DNA of 64,000 nucleotides, taken from contig NC_043014.1 in assembly GCF_006345805.1 (NCBI RefSeq), forward strand, positions 54,374,001 through 54,438,000, given 5' to 3'. The translations under genes and the position numbers were made by a program. Below are positions 1 to 10,217 of this stretch, piece after piece. Under the pieces are notes generated by a model. That model was not told the DNA's origin. It saw only the letters and a program-made list of their open reading frames with translations, and searched no databases. The first letter of the stretch is position 1. Each line of letters starts with the position of its first letter. Source of the DNA: Octopus sinensis (Eukaryota).

Positions 1-224
1 AAGCAGAGATGTTCTCGTTTGCTAAGTTCAAAGTGTGGGATAAATTCTTATATTATGAGAAAATAGAGAACCATTTAAAGAACTGAGAATTCTTATTTTA
101 CAATTCAGTGATTAGTGATGGAAGGGCCTTCATCATCATCATCTTTACTAATGACTTGACATCTATATTTATTCCATATTATTATCAAGTAATATTGCTG
201 CGCTTGAGATGACCCAAAATTAAA

Positions 225-547
225 TCAAGATCGAAATCAAAATGGAAATTGTAGTTGGGGCCAATGCCAGTGCCACCTGACTGGCTCCCATGCCGGTGGC
301 ATGTAATAAGCACCATTCAAGCGTGGGTCGATGTCAGTGCCACCTGACTGGCTCCCGTGCCGGTGGCATGTAAAAAGTACCCACGACACTCTTAGAGTGG
401 TTGGCATTGGGAAGAGCATCCAGCTGTAGAAACCTTGCCAGATCAGATTGGAGCCTGGTGCAGCCTCCCTCCTGGCTTGCCAGTCCCAAGTCAAACCGTC
501 CAACCCATGCCAGCATGGAAAACGGACGTTAAACAATGATGATGATG
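225..547 (+). mobile_element. RTE-type LINE 3'UTR copy (family B), 5'-truncated, (GAT)n tail
   Basis: Two GTGCCGGTGGCAYGTAAAAAGCACC-type units, then GGTTGGCATTGGGAAGAGCATCCAGCTG...CCATGCCAGCATGG and a (gat)n tail. The same sequence follows an RTE ORF end at 44375-44560. Confidence 0.8.
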
Positions 548-689
548 AAGATTGTTCTGGTTTCATTAGGTCTCCCATTCCCCTGCTGCCTGTCCACCAT
601 CCTCTCTGACCCTTTGACAAGTTCTAATGCTCATAGATTGAACTTGATTGCTTTGGAACCCCTGACTTTTAGTCATGGAAGAATAAATA

Positions 690-1022
690 GGGAGCAGGCA
701 TGGCTGTGCGGTTAAGGAGTTCATTTTCAAACTGCATGGGTTTGATTTCAATCCCTGTGTGTGGGACCTTAGGCAAGTGTCTTCTACTATAGCCCCAGGC
801 CAACTAATGCTTTGTCAGTGAATTTGGTGGATGGTATCTGTCTGTGTGTCTCCTTCCCTTTCCCCCTGCTTCCAGCAGTTAACTGGTATAGCTTTGTTAT
901 ATCCCTTCCTGTAATTTACTGATTTGGTCCTAAAAAAGATTCTGGGGTTGATTTGATCAACTAAAATTCCCTTCAAGGTGGTGCTCCAGCTTGGCGAAAT
1001 CCAAATCCAAAGAATAAAATAA
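690..1022 (+). mobile_element. Diverged tRNA-derived SINE (family A)
   Basis: Head TGGCTGTGCGGTTAAG...GGTTTGATTTCAATCCC, body CCTTAGGCAAGTGTCTTCTACTATAGCC and tail GGTGCTCCAGC match the intact copy at 6018-6425. Confidence 0.7.
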
Positions 1023-1220
1023 TAAATGTTTTATAACTGAAAAGGGTGTCAGAATTTGGTGTTAGTCTTGCCTAATCTGAAGAGACACCACAAACAGTGG
1101 TGTTTAGGTCAGTTATGCTGCATTCCCACCCCTAATCAGGACCCTGCCACATGTAACCCCCTTTCATACTTCTTCACCATCAAGCCGTTTTTTCAGTGCC
1201 TCAATCAACCTCACTCTTAA

Positions 1221-1441
1221 CCCTTTTGTTACCATATTTCTGTTGAGATGCTCTGTGTTTCTTTCAATTTCTTTAAATATAACAAAGAATTTAGTAAAAT
1301 AACTTAGTTATCATTAAGCTAGTGTTAGGAACGTAAATTGTGACTAAGGTTTGGTGGAAGATTTTTAATTCAAAACTTATGAAAACAGGACATTTGTACT
1401 CAGAGCCAGAGCCGGTTTCAGCCAGGTTGGTCACGAAAGGG
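1221..1441. mobile_element. piggyBac-like MITE
   Basis: TTAA|CCCTTT...AAAGGG|TTAA (TTAA at 1217-1220 and 1442-1445). Homologous copies in the opposite orientation at 6716-6936 and 48612-48831. Confidence 0.85.
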
Positions 1442-1664
1442 TTAAACAACACACACTCATTCCACTCCATTGTTTCGATGACCTGAGTCTCTCCAGGAAC
1501 CCATCCGTTGCCACAATCCATACTTTTATTCCATGATTCATTAAAAACTAAATTTAACGAGGTTTAGGCCTGTGGACTTTGTCTTTTCTGTTTTTCCCTA
1601 ATTAAACAATCTCTGGACTTTGTAGCTGTTGGTTGTGGAAATCTGTTTTGTGGGGTTAATCCAC

Positions 1665-1827
1665 TCTGCTGAGCGGTTGGTGTTAGTTAAGGGCATCCAG
1701 CTGTAAAAATCCTGCCAAAACAGTCACAGAAGTCTGGTGCAGGCTTCAACTTGGCCGGCTCCTGTCAAACCATTCCACCCATGACAGCATGGAAGGTCGA
1801 TGTTAAACGATGATGATGATGATGATC
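1665..1827 (+). mobile_element. Family B (RTE 3' end) short copy
   Basis: GGTTGGTGTTAGTTAAGGGCATCCAGCTG...CCATGACAGCATGG followed by (gat)n. Confidence 0.7.
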
Positions 1828-2792
1828 CAATTAAATAAGGTGAAACCAATCCCTGGTCTTTGAGGTAACTCACAGATTTTGGTAATGTGACCTTTTGTGA
1901 CCTAATGTGGTTAGACTGGTTTAACACCATCACTAGGTCTAAGAATGCTTTTAGTGCAGGACCCTGACTCAAACAGGGACAAGGTCTCTCCCTTTTCCCT
2001 GCTAGTCTTGGAGGTTCTGCAAAAAGAGGTCCTGATTGCTCCCTTTTTTTTTCTTTAAGTCTTGATCCTTTGTTATTATGTCTCTGTCAAAATCCACTTC
2101 TTTTTGTTTCAGCAGACTTTGAAAATAATAAAGAATTTAGCAAAATAATTTTGCCATTAATTAATCTGGTGATTTGAACATAAACTAACAAGAAACTTTG
2201 ATGAAAGGTTTTCATTCGGATCACTTTAAGGCAAGAAGTTGGCATCAGAGAACCAAGGAGAATTCTGGGCAGACTGGGAGCAGAAGAGTCTTCCGAAATA
2301 GATGCTGACCTGCTTCAGTTTGGTGTTTGAAATATGGCAGATAGGAAGGGTTTGTTCATTATTAGTTTTGGTGGGGGGGGTCTGTTCTTTTTAGTGCTTC
2401 AGGGAGAGGAAACTCCTTTTTATTTTTTTCAGGGCCCCTAAGACTGCTGAGAGGAAGAAAGAGAATGTTATTCTCAAGCCGAAGACCAGACAACAGAGTG
2501 AATTCTGCCAAAGGCATCAAAGGATGTGGGAGGGATGTGAAACCAGGAGATGCATTAAATGTCCCTCACAAGAATAGAAAATGAAAAAAGTCACAATACC
2601 TCTCAGAGTATTTCATCCAACAGTTTTGGTTGATCCACTTCTGTGGACTTTGATTCTGAAAAGCAAAGATGAACTTGGCAGAGTTTGATCTTTATAACTA
2701 AAATGGTGTCAGAATTTGGTGCTAGTCTTGCTTAATCTGAAGACATATCCCAACCAAGAGCTCTTAATTCACTCCTAATCCTAATGAGAACT

Positions 2793-3098
2793 CATCATCA
2801 TCATCATCATCATCGTTTCACGTCCGTTCTCCATGCTAGCATGGGTTGGACGGTTCGACCGGGGATCTGGGAAGCCAGAAGGCTGCACCAGGCTCCAGTC
2901 TAATCTGGCAGTGTTTCTACAGCTGGATGCCCTTCCCAACGCCAACTACTCCGTGAGTGTAGTGGGTGCTTTTTACGTGCCATCTGCACGATCAAATTGG
3001 TGCATTTTACGTGCCATCTGCACAGGTGCCAGGCGAGGCTGGCAACGGCCACGATTCGGATGGTACTTTTTACGTGCCATCGGATCGGAAGCCAGTCG
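2793..3098 (-). mobile_element. Family B (RTE 3'UTR) copy
   Basis: (cat)n tail, CAGCTGGATGCCCTTCC, and three TTTTACGTGCCA units. Confidence 0.8.
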
Positions 3099-3995
3099 TT
3101 CCCATTCCTTAGTATCTCATCACTGCAGCATCATTTTTGCTAGAGAACGCATCCAGTGATAGGGAGATGGTTTGTTTGGAAACAAGCGAAGGTTGGTGAC
3201 AGGAAGGGCATCCAGCTGTTGGAAGTCTTCTACAACATATTCCACCTGACTCATGCAAACCTGAAAAGGCAGACATTCATACAACGATGATGATGATGAT
3301 GTTGATGTTGATGTGCCCTTTGTCAAAAACTTGGTCCTGTATAACAATTTCTTTTTTATTTGTGTGACTGTTTTGATGGTTTAGACTGAATTAATTTCAT
3401 GGGTTAAAACCTTCTCATCAAATCATTGGTGAAGCAAGAAAGAAATGGCAAGTCTCCAAGACTACGTAATCTCAGCAAACATCTTGTGTTGTCCTGATTA
3501 CAAGACTGGATTTAATAATTATTGGCATCGAATCGAATGTTTGGCAAGACGTTCAGATTTCTGTGTGATTTCAAATAAGAAACCTCGTTTTCTGGTGCAA
3601 TTAGTGTAAACGACTTGCTACACAGACATTGGTACCAATTAGTTTTAACTGTCTCGGTAGCTTGGTATCAACTAGCTCAATTGTCTTGGTATACTGGTAC
3701 CAAATAGTTTAATCATATTACTAGTTTCCTCTACTTTAACCAGCTTAGTACCAGCTCTAGTGACAGGACATAAACCAATGACTGCTCAGTCAGTTGTCAG
3801 GAATTCCTCTTCTGTCTTCCAAGAACTCTTTTATAACGATTATTTCTATCGGTTGCTGGAAATAGCAGTCAAATCTTCCTCAAATGGAAACAGGCAGCTT
3901 TGAATTCGATACCATTGTGCAGCACCTCAACCAAGTTTCTCTGATCAAAGAGTTAAGAGTTTATTTGGAAGGTGAAAACTCATAGTTAGTTAATT

Positions 3996-4200
3996 TTTTG
4001 GCTCAAAAAGCAAAAAGCAAGGCCATGTAGGGGGACATGGAGTTATATACAGGGTGGTGTTCATGTAAAGAGTTCAGGCCACTTGAGGTCAAGGGAGACT
4101 TTGAACCGAGCGGTCGTCGGCATCTTCACTATCTCGTCTGGCAGCTTATTCCACGGATCCGCAACCCGGACAGAGAAAGCCCCTCTCCTTCGAAACCTTT
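3996..4200 (-). mobile_element. CR1-type LINE 3' end
   Basis: Minus strand reads RRRGAFSVRVADPWNKLPDEIVKMPTTARFKVSLDLKWPELFT* (stop at 4061-4063), matching the CR1 ORF2 C-terminal pattern FS.RV...WN.LP...FK..LD. A short 3'UTR and A-rich end follow. Confidence 0.75.
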
Positions 4201-4639
4201 CAAAAGGACCGTTCTGTTTGTAGGTGGTAAGCATAACATGTTGTCCGGTTTAATACCACCTGAACACATTAGGGGCCTTTAAAGGGGTCCACACTGCTGT
4301 AAAGATTTAGGCCGAATCTTTAGTCTACCCCTGTTCATTCCACCTTTAACAAAGGCCGTAAGAAGAGTAGGGATGCTGACCCCTGACTCAGCCATTAAAT
4401 AAAAAGAAAATCCTTGAAAATAACCAGTTAAAAAAAAAAAGAAATGGACACATTGTAAAATGTAGTCCAAGGTTGTCTATGCCTGAGAATATCATGGCTG
4501 GAATACTCTTTGTTCATAGGCCTGCTTAATCATTACTGACCTGTGGTTAAATACCAATAACTTCAACAACAGCTGATCAAACTAACAGGAATCGCTGGCA
4601 ACTGACTGACCAGTCAATGGTTTGTGTCCAGTCACCAGG

Positions 4640-4910
4640 GTTGTGAAGTGGTCAGAAGGGTCTGGCTCACAACTGTAAGGTCATGAGTTCAATACCTGGT
4701 GGTGGTGCAATGTGTCCTTGAGCAAGGCACTTTATTTCACATTACTCCGGTTCCCTCAGCTGGCAAAAGTGAGTAGTACCTGTAATTCAGAAGGAGCCAA
4801 CCTTGTCACACTGAATCTCCCTGAGAACTATGTTGAGGGTCCACGTGTTTGTGGAGTACTCAGCCACTTGTGAGGTAAGCAGCTCCTTTGATTGGATCAA
4901 TGGGAACCCT
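4640..4910 (+). mobile_element. Old tRNA-derived SINE (separate family)
   Basis: tRNA-like head (GTGGTCAG...GAGTTCAATACC) followed by GTGTCCTTGAGCAAGGCACTT, a body motif typical of CORE/V-type SINEs. Confidence 0.55.
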
Positions 4911-5346
4911 CATAAGAGACAGTGTGCCAGTCTAGTACAAACATTAATAAAAGATTTAGAGTTCAATGGTTTAGTCCATTTATTGACAAGGGTAGAACAG
5001 GATGTTGTGTGGTGGTCACAGAGTGGAAACAAGTATTTCTGTTGGTTAATTACTCTTTCTCTCCTAATTAAAGCCATCAGCTCCAAACTACCATCTTCTA
5101 AAGGGAGCAGGGTTTATTTTTGGTAGTCTTCATTCTGCAGAAACTTCCAGTTGCCTAGCAAAAGCTCGAGGGCTTTACTCATAAAAAGGGCTTCATGAGC
5201 AGAAGATGGGTCTCACAGGATTTGTTAAATGTAGGCTCTCAGCATTCATTTCGTTCAGAAGGGATCAGATTCCCCCCAAATACCTTCTACTGGAATTTAT
5301 ACATTCCCCTATATAATATCTACTTAAAAGATTCTATCACATCAGT

Positions 5347-5716
5347 AGTAAAGCTTGTTTGCCAACATAAAATGGCAGTCCTGGTTTAGGACGAATGTTG
5401 CTGTAATTTAGCCCCAGGAGACATCGTCTCCAGCTGGGCTATATGATACAATCTGTGTCTTTATATTTTCAAACAAGGGAGCTGTTCACTCCCACTCAGC
5501 TCAAAACAATATCTGTGTATCGCAAAATAACCCAGAAATTGCAATACACAGATATTGTTTTGAGCTGAGTGGGGGTGCGAGATTCCCTTGTTTGAAAATA
5601 TAAGGACACAGATCATGTCGTATAGCCAGCTGGATACGATGTCTCCTGGGGCTAAATTACAGCAACATTCGTCCTAAATCAGGACAGCCATGTTATGTTG
5701 GCAAACAATCTTTACT
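5347..5716. repeat. Long inverted repeat (fold-back / MITE-like), arms ~175 bp
   Basis: GTAAAGCTTGTTTGCCAACATAA...AATATCTGTGTAT is the near reverse complement of ATACACAGATATT...TTATGTTGGCAAACAATCTTTAC, with a short central loop. Confidence 0.9.
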
Positions 5717-6017
5717 CCAAAGTACTGTTGCTGAATATCTCTCGTTGTGAGATTTAAAAATAGTAATTTTCTAATTTATACATCAGCAGTTGTTCTGGAA
5801 ACTGAAAACTGAGAGTTGGTTTCTCAAAAAAAATAATAATAAATTGTTAAACGTGCTGCAGTGGAATAAATGAATGAAAATTGTTTTTAGATGATTTCAG
5901 ATTTTCTAAAATTGATCAGAATGGAAAAAGGTTTGGAATCACTTTTAGAAAAAGCAACTCTCAAGTAAAGGCGATCATGATTTTGGTTACAAACCAAAAT
6001 TTGTTATACAGTTTGTT

Positions 6018-6425
6018 ATAGGCGCAGGAGTGGCTGTGTGGTAAGTAGCTTGTTTACCAACCACATGGTTCCTGGTTCAGTCCCACTGCGTGGCACCCTG
6101 GGCAAGTGTCTTCTACTATAGCCTCGGGCCGACCAAAGCCTTGTGAGTGGATTTGGTAGATGGAAACTGAAAGAAGCCTGTCGTATATATGTATATATAT
6201 ATATGCGTGTGTGTGTCTGTGTTTGTCCCACTAGCATTGCTTGACAACCGATGCTGGTGTGTTTATGTCCCCGTCACTTAGCGGTTTGGCAAAAGAGACT
6301 GATAGAAAAAGTACTGGGCTTACAAAAGAATAAGTCCCGGGGTCGATTTGCTCGATTAAAGGCGGTGCTCCAGCATGGCCGCAGTCAAATGACTGAAACA
6401 AGTAAAAGAGTAAAAGAGAAAAGAG
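6018..6425 (+). mobile_element. tRNA-derived SINE family A, full length
   Basis: GGCGCAGGAGTGGCTGTGTGGTAAG (A-box-like), GGTTCAGTCCC (B-box-like), CCCTGGGCAAGTG, internal (TA)/(TG) microsatellite, and tail GGTGCTCCAGCATGGCCGCAGTCAAATGACTGAAACAAGTAAAAGA. Many near-identical copies in the window. Confidence 0.9.
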
Positions 6426-6452
6426 AGTAGTTCTATATTCAAGAGATGAGGA

Positions 6453-6601
6453 ATTATTTACATTTGACGGATATTTGTCCTCATCTTGTTTGTTGTTAAC
6501 ACAACATTTCGGCTGATATACCCTCCAGCCTTCATCAGGGTATGTCAGCCAAAATGTTGAGTTAACAAGATGAGGACAAATATCCGTCAATTGTAAATAA
6601 T
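6453..6601. mobile_element. Palindromic Penelope-like remnant with partial hammerhead core
   Basis: Inverted arms ATTATTTACATTTGACGGATATTTGTCCTCATCTTG / CAAGATGAGGACAAATATCCGTCAATTGTAAATAAT. The minus strand of 6507-6538 reads CTGATGA-A-GGCTG-loop-CAGCC-GAAA. Confidence 0.7.
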
Positions 6602-6715
6602 GTATAAAATTTGTTATCTTTAAAACAATCTCTAATCTGTCTTGTTTTTCAGACTTGGAGTCTCCGACTGGGCCTTGAATATCCTATCAGTCATTTCTTC
6701 CAACCATTTCTTTAA

Positions 6716-6936
6716 CCCTTTTGATACCAACCTAACTGAAACCACCTCTGGCTCTGTAGAACAGATGTCTTGTTTCCATAAGTTTTGAATTAAAATCTTC
6801 CACCAAACCTTAGTCACAATTTACGTTCCTAACACTAGCTTAATGGTAACTAAGTTATTTTACTAAATTCTTTGTTATATTTAAAGTAATCGAAAGAAAC
6901 ACAGAACATCTCAAAATAAATACAGTAATGAAAGGG
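6716..6936. mobile_element. piggyBac-like MITE
   Basis: TTAA TSD at 6712-6715 and 6937-6940, CCCTTT/AAAGGG termini. Confidence 0.85.
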
Positions 6937-7599
6937 TTAAGATGGTAAGTTTAAGGATGTACTTTGAGGGAGATTTGGTTGCTATTTCTAGCTGGTTGAG
7001 CAACCTTGTAGAACTCCTGACAAATGTGGTAAGTAAAGAGGTGGGGGGTGGGGAAGTGAGTTGTTATAGAGATCAAAGAAACCCGGTTACCTGGACCCCT
7101 CAAAAGGCTATTGTCTGTATATCTGTGTGTGTGTGTGTGGCCGTGTTTTGGCATTTGGTGAGAATCAGCATGATGGGAACATGTCTTGCTAAGAAGGCAG
7201 GAACGGCTTTTGACCATTGAAAATCTGCGTTAATGGATTCCATCTGGCCGATACAGGAATGGGGGAAAGTGGACATTAAAATGACAGTGATGAAACCGTG
7301 ATATATATATATATCATCATCATCATTTAGCATCCATTTTCCCTGCTGGCATGGATCGGATGGTTTGACAGGAACGGCACAAGGTTCCATAATCTTCTTT
7401 GATCTGTTTCTATGCCCTTCCTAACACCAACCACTTTACAGAGTGGACTGGATGCTTTTCACATGGCACCAGCACCAACAAAATCACCAAGTGTATTTTG
7501 AGGCTGAAAGGATTCCTTGGAGACACAAGGCATGATTTAGGAATCTGCCAATTTATGGTAATTTCACAGCATGAAACTAAAAGTAGTCTATATTTAAAT

Positions 7600-8075
7600 G
7601 CTCTAGTTGTGATACCTGTGCCAGTGGCACGTAAAAAGCACCATCCGAATGTGGCCAATGCCTGTGCCGATGGCACGTGACCTGCTGTGCTTGAGGAGAC
7701 CTATTGAGTCAAGTACATCAACATCAAATAAAAATCAAATGGAAATTGTAGTTTTGAGCCCCGTGCCGGTAGCATGTAAAAAGCACCATCTGAACGTGGC
7801 CGATGCCAGCGCTGCCTTGACTGGCTTCTGTGCCAGTGGCACGTAAAAAGCACCAACTGATCGTGACTGCTGCCAGCCTCCCTTGGCACCTGTGTCGGTG
7901 GCACGTAAAAAGCACCCATTACACTCTTGGAGTGGTTGGCGTTAGGAAGGGCATCCAGCTGTAGAAACCTTGCCAGATCAGACTGGAGCCTGGTGCAGTC
8001 TCCTGGTTTCCCAGACCCTGGTCGAACCATCCAACCTATGCTAGCATGGAAAGCGGACATTAAACGATGATGATG
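7600..8075 (+). mobile_element. Family B (RTE 3'UTR) copy with 4-5 repeat units
   Basis: Repeated GTGCC(G/A)GTGGCACGTAAAAAGCACC cores, conserved 3' end and (gat)n tail. Confidence 0.85.
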
Positions 8076-8594
8076 ATAGATATACATACACATATATGCA
8101 TCGGGCTTCAACACAGTTTCCATCTACCAAATCCCACTGACAAAGTGTTGCAAACAAGGCCCCATGCGATGGTGGGATCAGTCCCAGAATCTTTCAGTCA
8201 GAAAACCAACTTCTTACCAACACAGGCGCCATGCCTGCATCCGTCTCTAGAATTACTTATCTTTGAGCTTGTCTCTCTCTGCCTGGCCTTCTTCTTTCTG
8301 TGTCGTTCTTATTTGCCAACAGAACTGTCAGTCAATGCACACACAGATTCACACACTCATATACACTTATATTAACAAACAAAACTCTGGAGAGAGAGAG
8401 AACCCTTCTCATCATTGCCTTTTTTTTGTTTCTTTGTTTACCTAATGACATGTTGGGCTAAATTCAACATTGAATAATGCATTATTTTTATTTCCATTAA
8501 ATTCTCATTTTTATATAAATAACCAGGAGACTGCACAATAACATATGCAGAAAAATGAGATTTTCCTATGTGTGTGAATATATATATATATGTA

Positions 8595-8633
<39 letters not shown>

Positions 8634-8634
<1 letters not shown>

Positions 8635-9133
8635 CGAATTGAACCAGCCAGTATCCCTGGTCTGGTGGTACGTAAAGCACTATCCGACTCGTGGCCGTGG
8701 CACGTAAAATACTCCAATGCGACCGTACGACAGGCACCCTTGCCAACCCCCTTTGCTTGTGAAGACATGTTGGGGCAAGCGAAATCGAAATCGAATTGAA
8801 CCAGCCAGGATCCCTGGTCTGGTGGTACGTAAAAAGCACTATCCGACTCGTGGCCGATGCCAGCACCGCCTCGACTGGCTTCCGTGCCGGTGGCACATAA
8901 AATACACAATCTGACCGTGGCCGTTGCCAGCCCCGCCTGGCACCTGTGCAGGTGGCACGTAAAAAGCACCCACTACACTCACGGAGTGGTTGGCGTTAGG
9001 AAGGGCATCCAGCTGTAGAAACATTGCCAAATTAGACTGGAGCCTGGTGCAGCCTTCTGGCTGCCCAGAACCCCGGTCGAACCGTCCAACCCATGCTAGC
9101 ATGGAGAACGGACGTTAAACGACGATGATGATG
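8634..9133 (+). mobile_element. Family B (RTE 3'UTR) copy, subfamily variant
   Basis: About 5 core units, an internal duplication of AATCGAATTGAACCAGCCAG..., conserved 3' end and (gat)n tail. Confidence 0.85.
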
Positions 9134-9308
9134 ATATATATGTATATATACATGCATGTGTCTATGTAAATATGTGTATGTGTAAATATATGAATGCATG
9201 TATAAATATATATATATACATGTGTGTATATATACACACATGTATGTATATATATATATATATATATACACATGCAATTTCTTTTAATTTAGCAATGTGT
9301 GTGTGTGT

Positions 9309-9575
9309 TGCCAGCCTCGCCTGGCCCCCATGCCGGTGGCATGTAAAAAGCACCGTCCGTCCATGGCCGTTTGCCAGCCCCGTCTGGCACCTGTGCAGGT
9401 GGCACGTAAAAAGCACCCACTACACTCATGGAGTAGTTGGTGTTAGGAAGGGCATCCAGCCATAGAAACCATGCCAAATCAGTCTGGAGTCTGGTGCAGC
9501 CCCTTAACTTATCAGCCCTAGTCAAACCATCCAGCCCATGCCAGCAGGGACAATGGACGTTAGATGATAATGATG
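9309..9575 (+). mobile_element. Family B copy
   Basis: Two core units plus conserved 3' end. Confidence 0.8.
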
Positions 9576-10019
9576 ATTCTGACCCTGTACCTTGATGGCT
9601 AGCCCTTATCTCTCCTTCACTCCCCTACCATCCCACCTATACACTGATCTCCATTTTTTGTAAGCATGCCCTGGCTCTTCCCCATCATCTCTCTCTTGCT
9701 CTATCCTTCAGTCTGGTCAACCATGCATCCCCTCCACAGCAACACCCATGACTGACCTCAATCTTGATCACCCCTTTTCTCCCCCCCCCCCCCAGATAAC
9801 CATGTGCCTCCTCTACAACCACACGCCTGTTTCTGTCTCTCTGGCACATGATCACCTCCAATGTCCTGTCCCCTTTCAGAAGATCCTTTGTCTTGCAAGT
9901 TATTCGGTGACCCCCACCAGTGCTGGTGTCATGTAAAAAGCATCCATTCCACACTGGAAAGTGTTTACTGTTTGGAAGGGCAGCCAACCGTGAAAGAACC
10001 ATACCAAAACTGACCTCAC

Positions 10020-10217
10020 CTGTGCTGGCACCACATAAAAAGCACTCTGTCCACTCTGTATGGAGGTTGGCATTAGGAAGGGCATCCAGCTGTAAAAACC
10101 CTGCCAAAACAGACAGGGAAGCATGGGGCAGCCTTCTGTGTTTGGCCAGCTCCTGTTAAACTATCCAACCCATGCCAGCATGGAAAGCAGATGTTAAATG
10201 ATGATGATGATGATGAT
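10020..10217 (+). mobile_element. Family B copy
   Basis: GGTTGGCATTAGGAAGGGCATCCAGCTG ... (gat)n. Confidence 0.7.

Noticed and set aside
237-620. Recurrent short ORFs such as FLQLDALPNANH and RQASFSFRLPNPLTRLWSARGYSRRHLP suggesting a gene family
   Set aside because: They are antisense or alternative-frame translations of family B and family A repeats, with frequent frameshifts between copies.
1076-1110. CTGAAGA followed by the hairpin GACACCAC/GTGGTGTT as a hammerhead
   Set aside because: The hairpin is followed by TAGG, not GAAA, and there is no stem I or III.
6018-6095. tRNA genes at SINE heads (families A and C, and 56650-56725)
   Set aside because: No complete cloverleaf is visible, and each continues into a SINE body and tail.
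7600-7920. CRISPR-like array (conserved ~26-nt repeat with variable spacers)
   Set aside because: The context is eukaryotic with no cas genes. The 'spacers' are homologous between units and between dispersed copies, and the array is part of an RTE 3'UTR.
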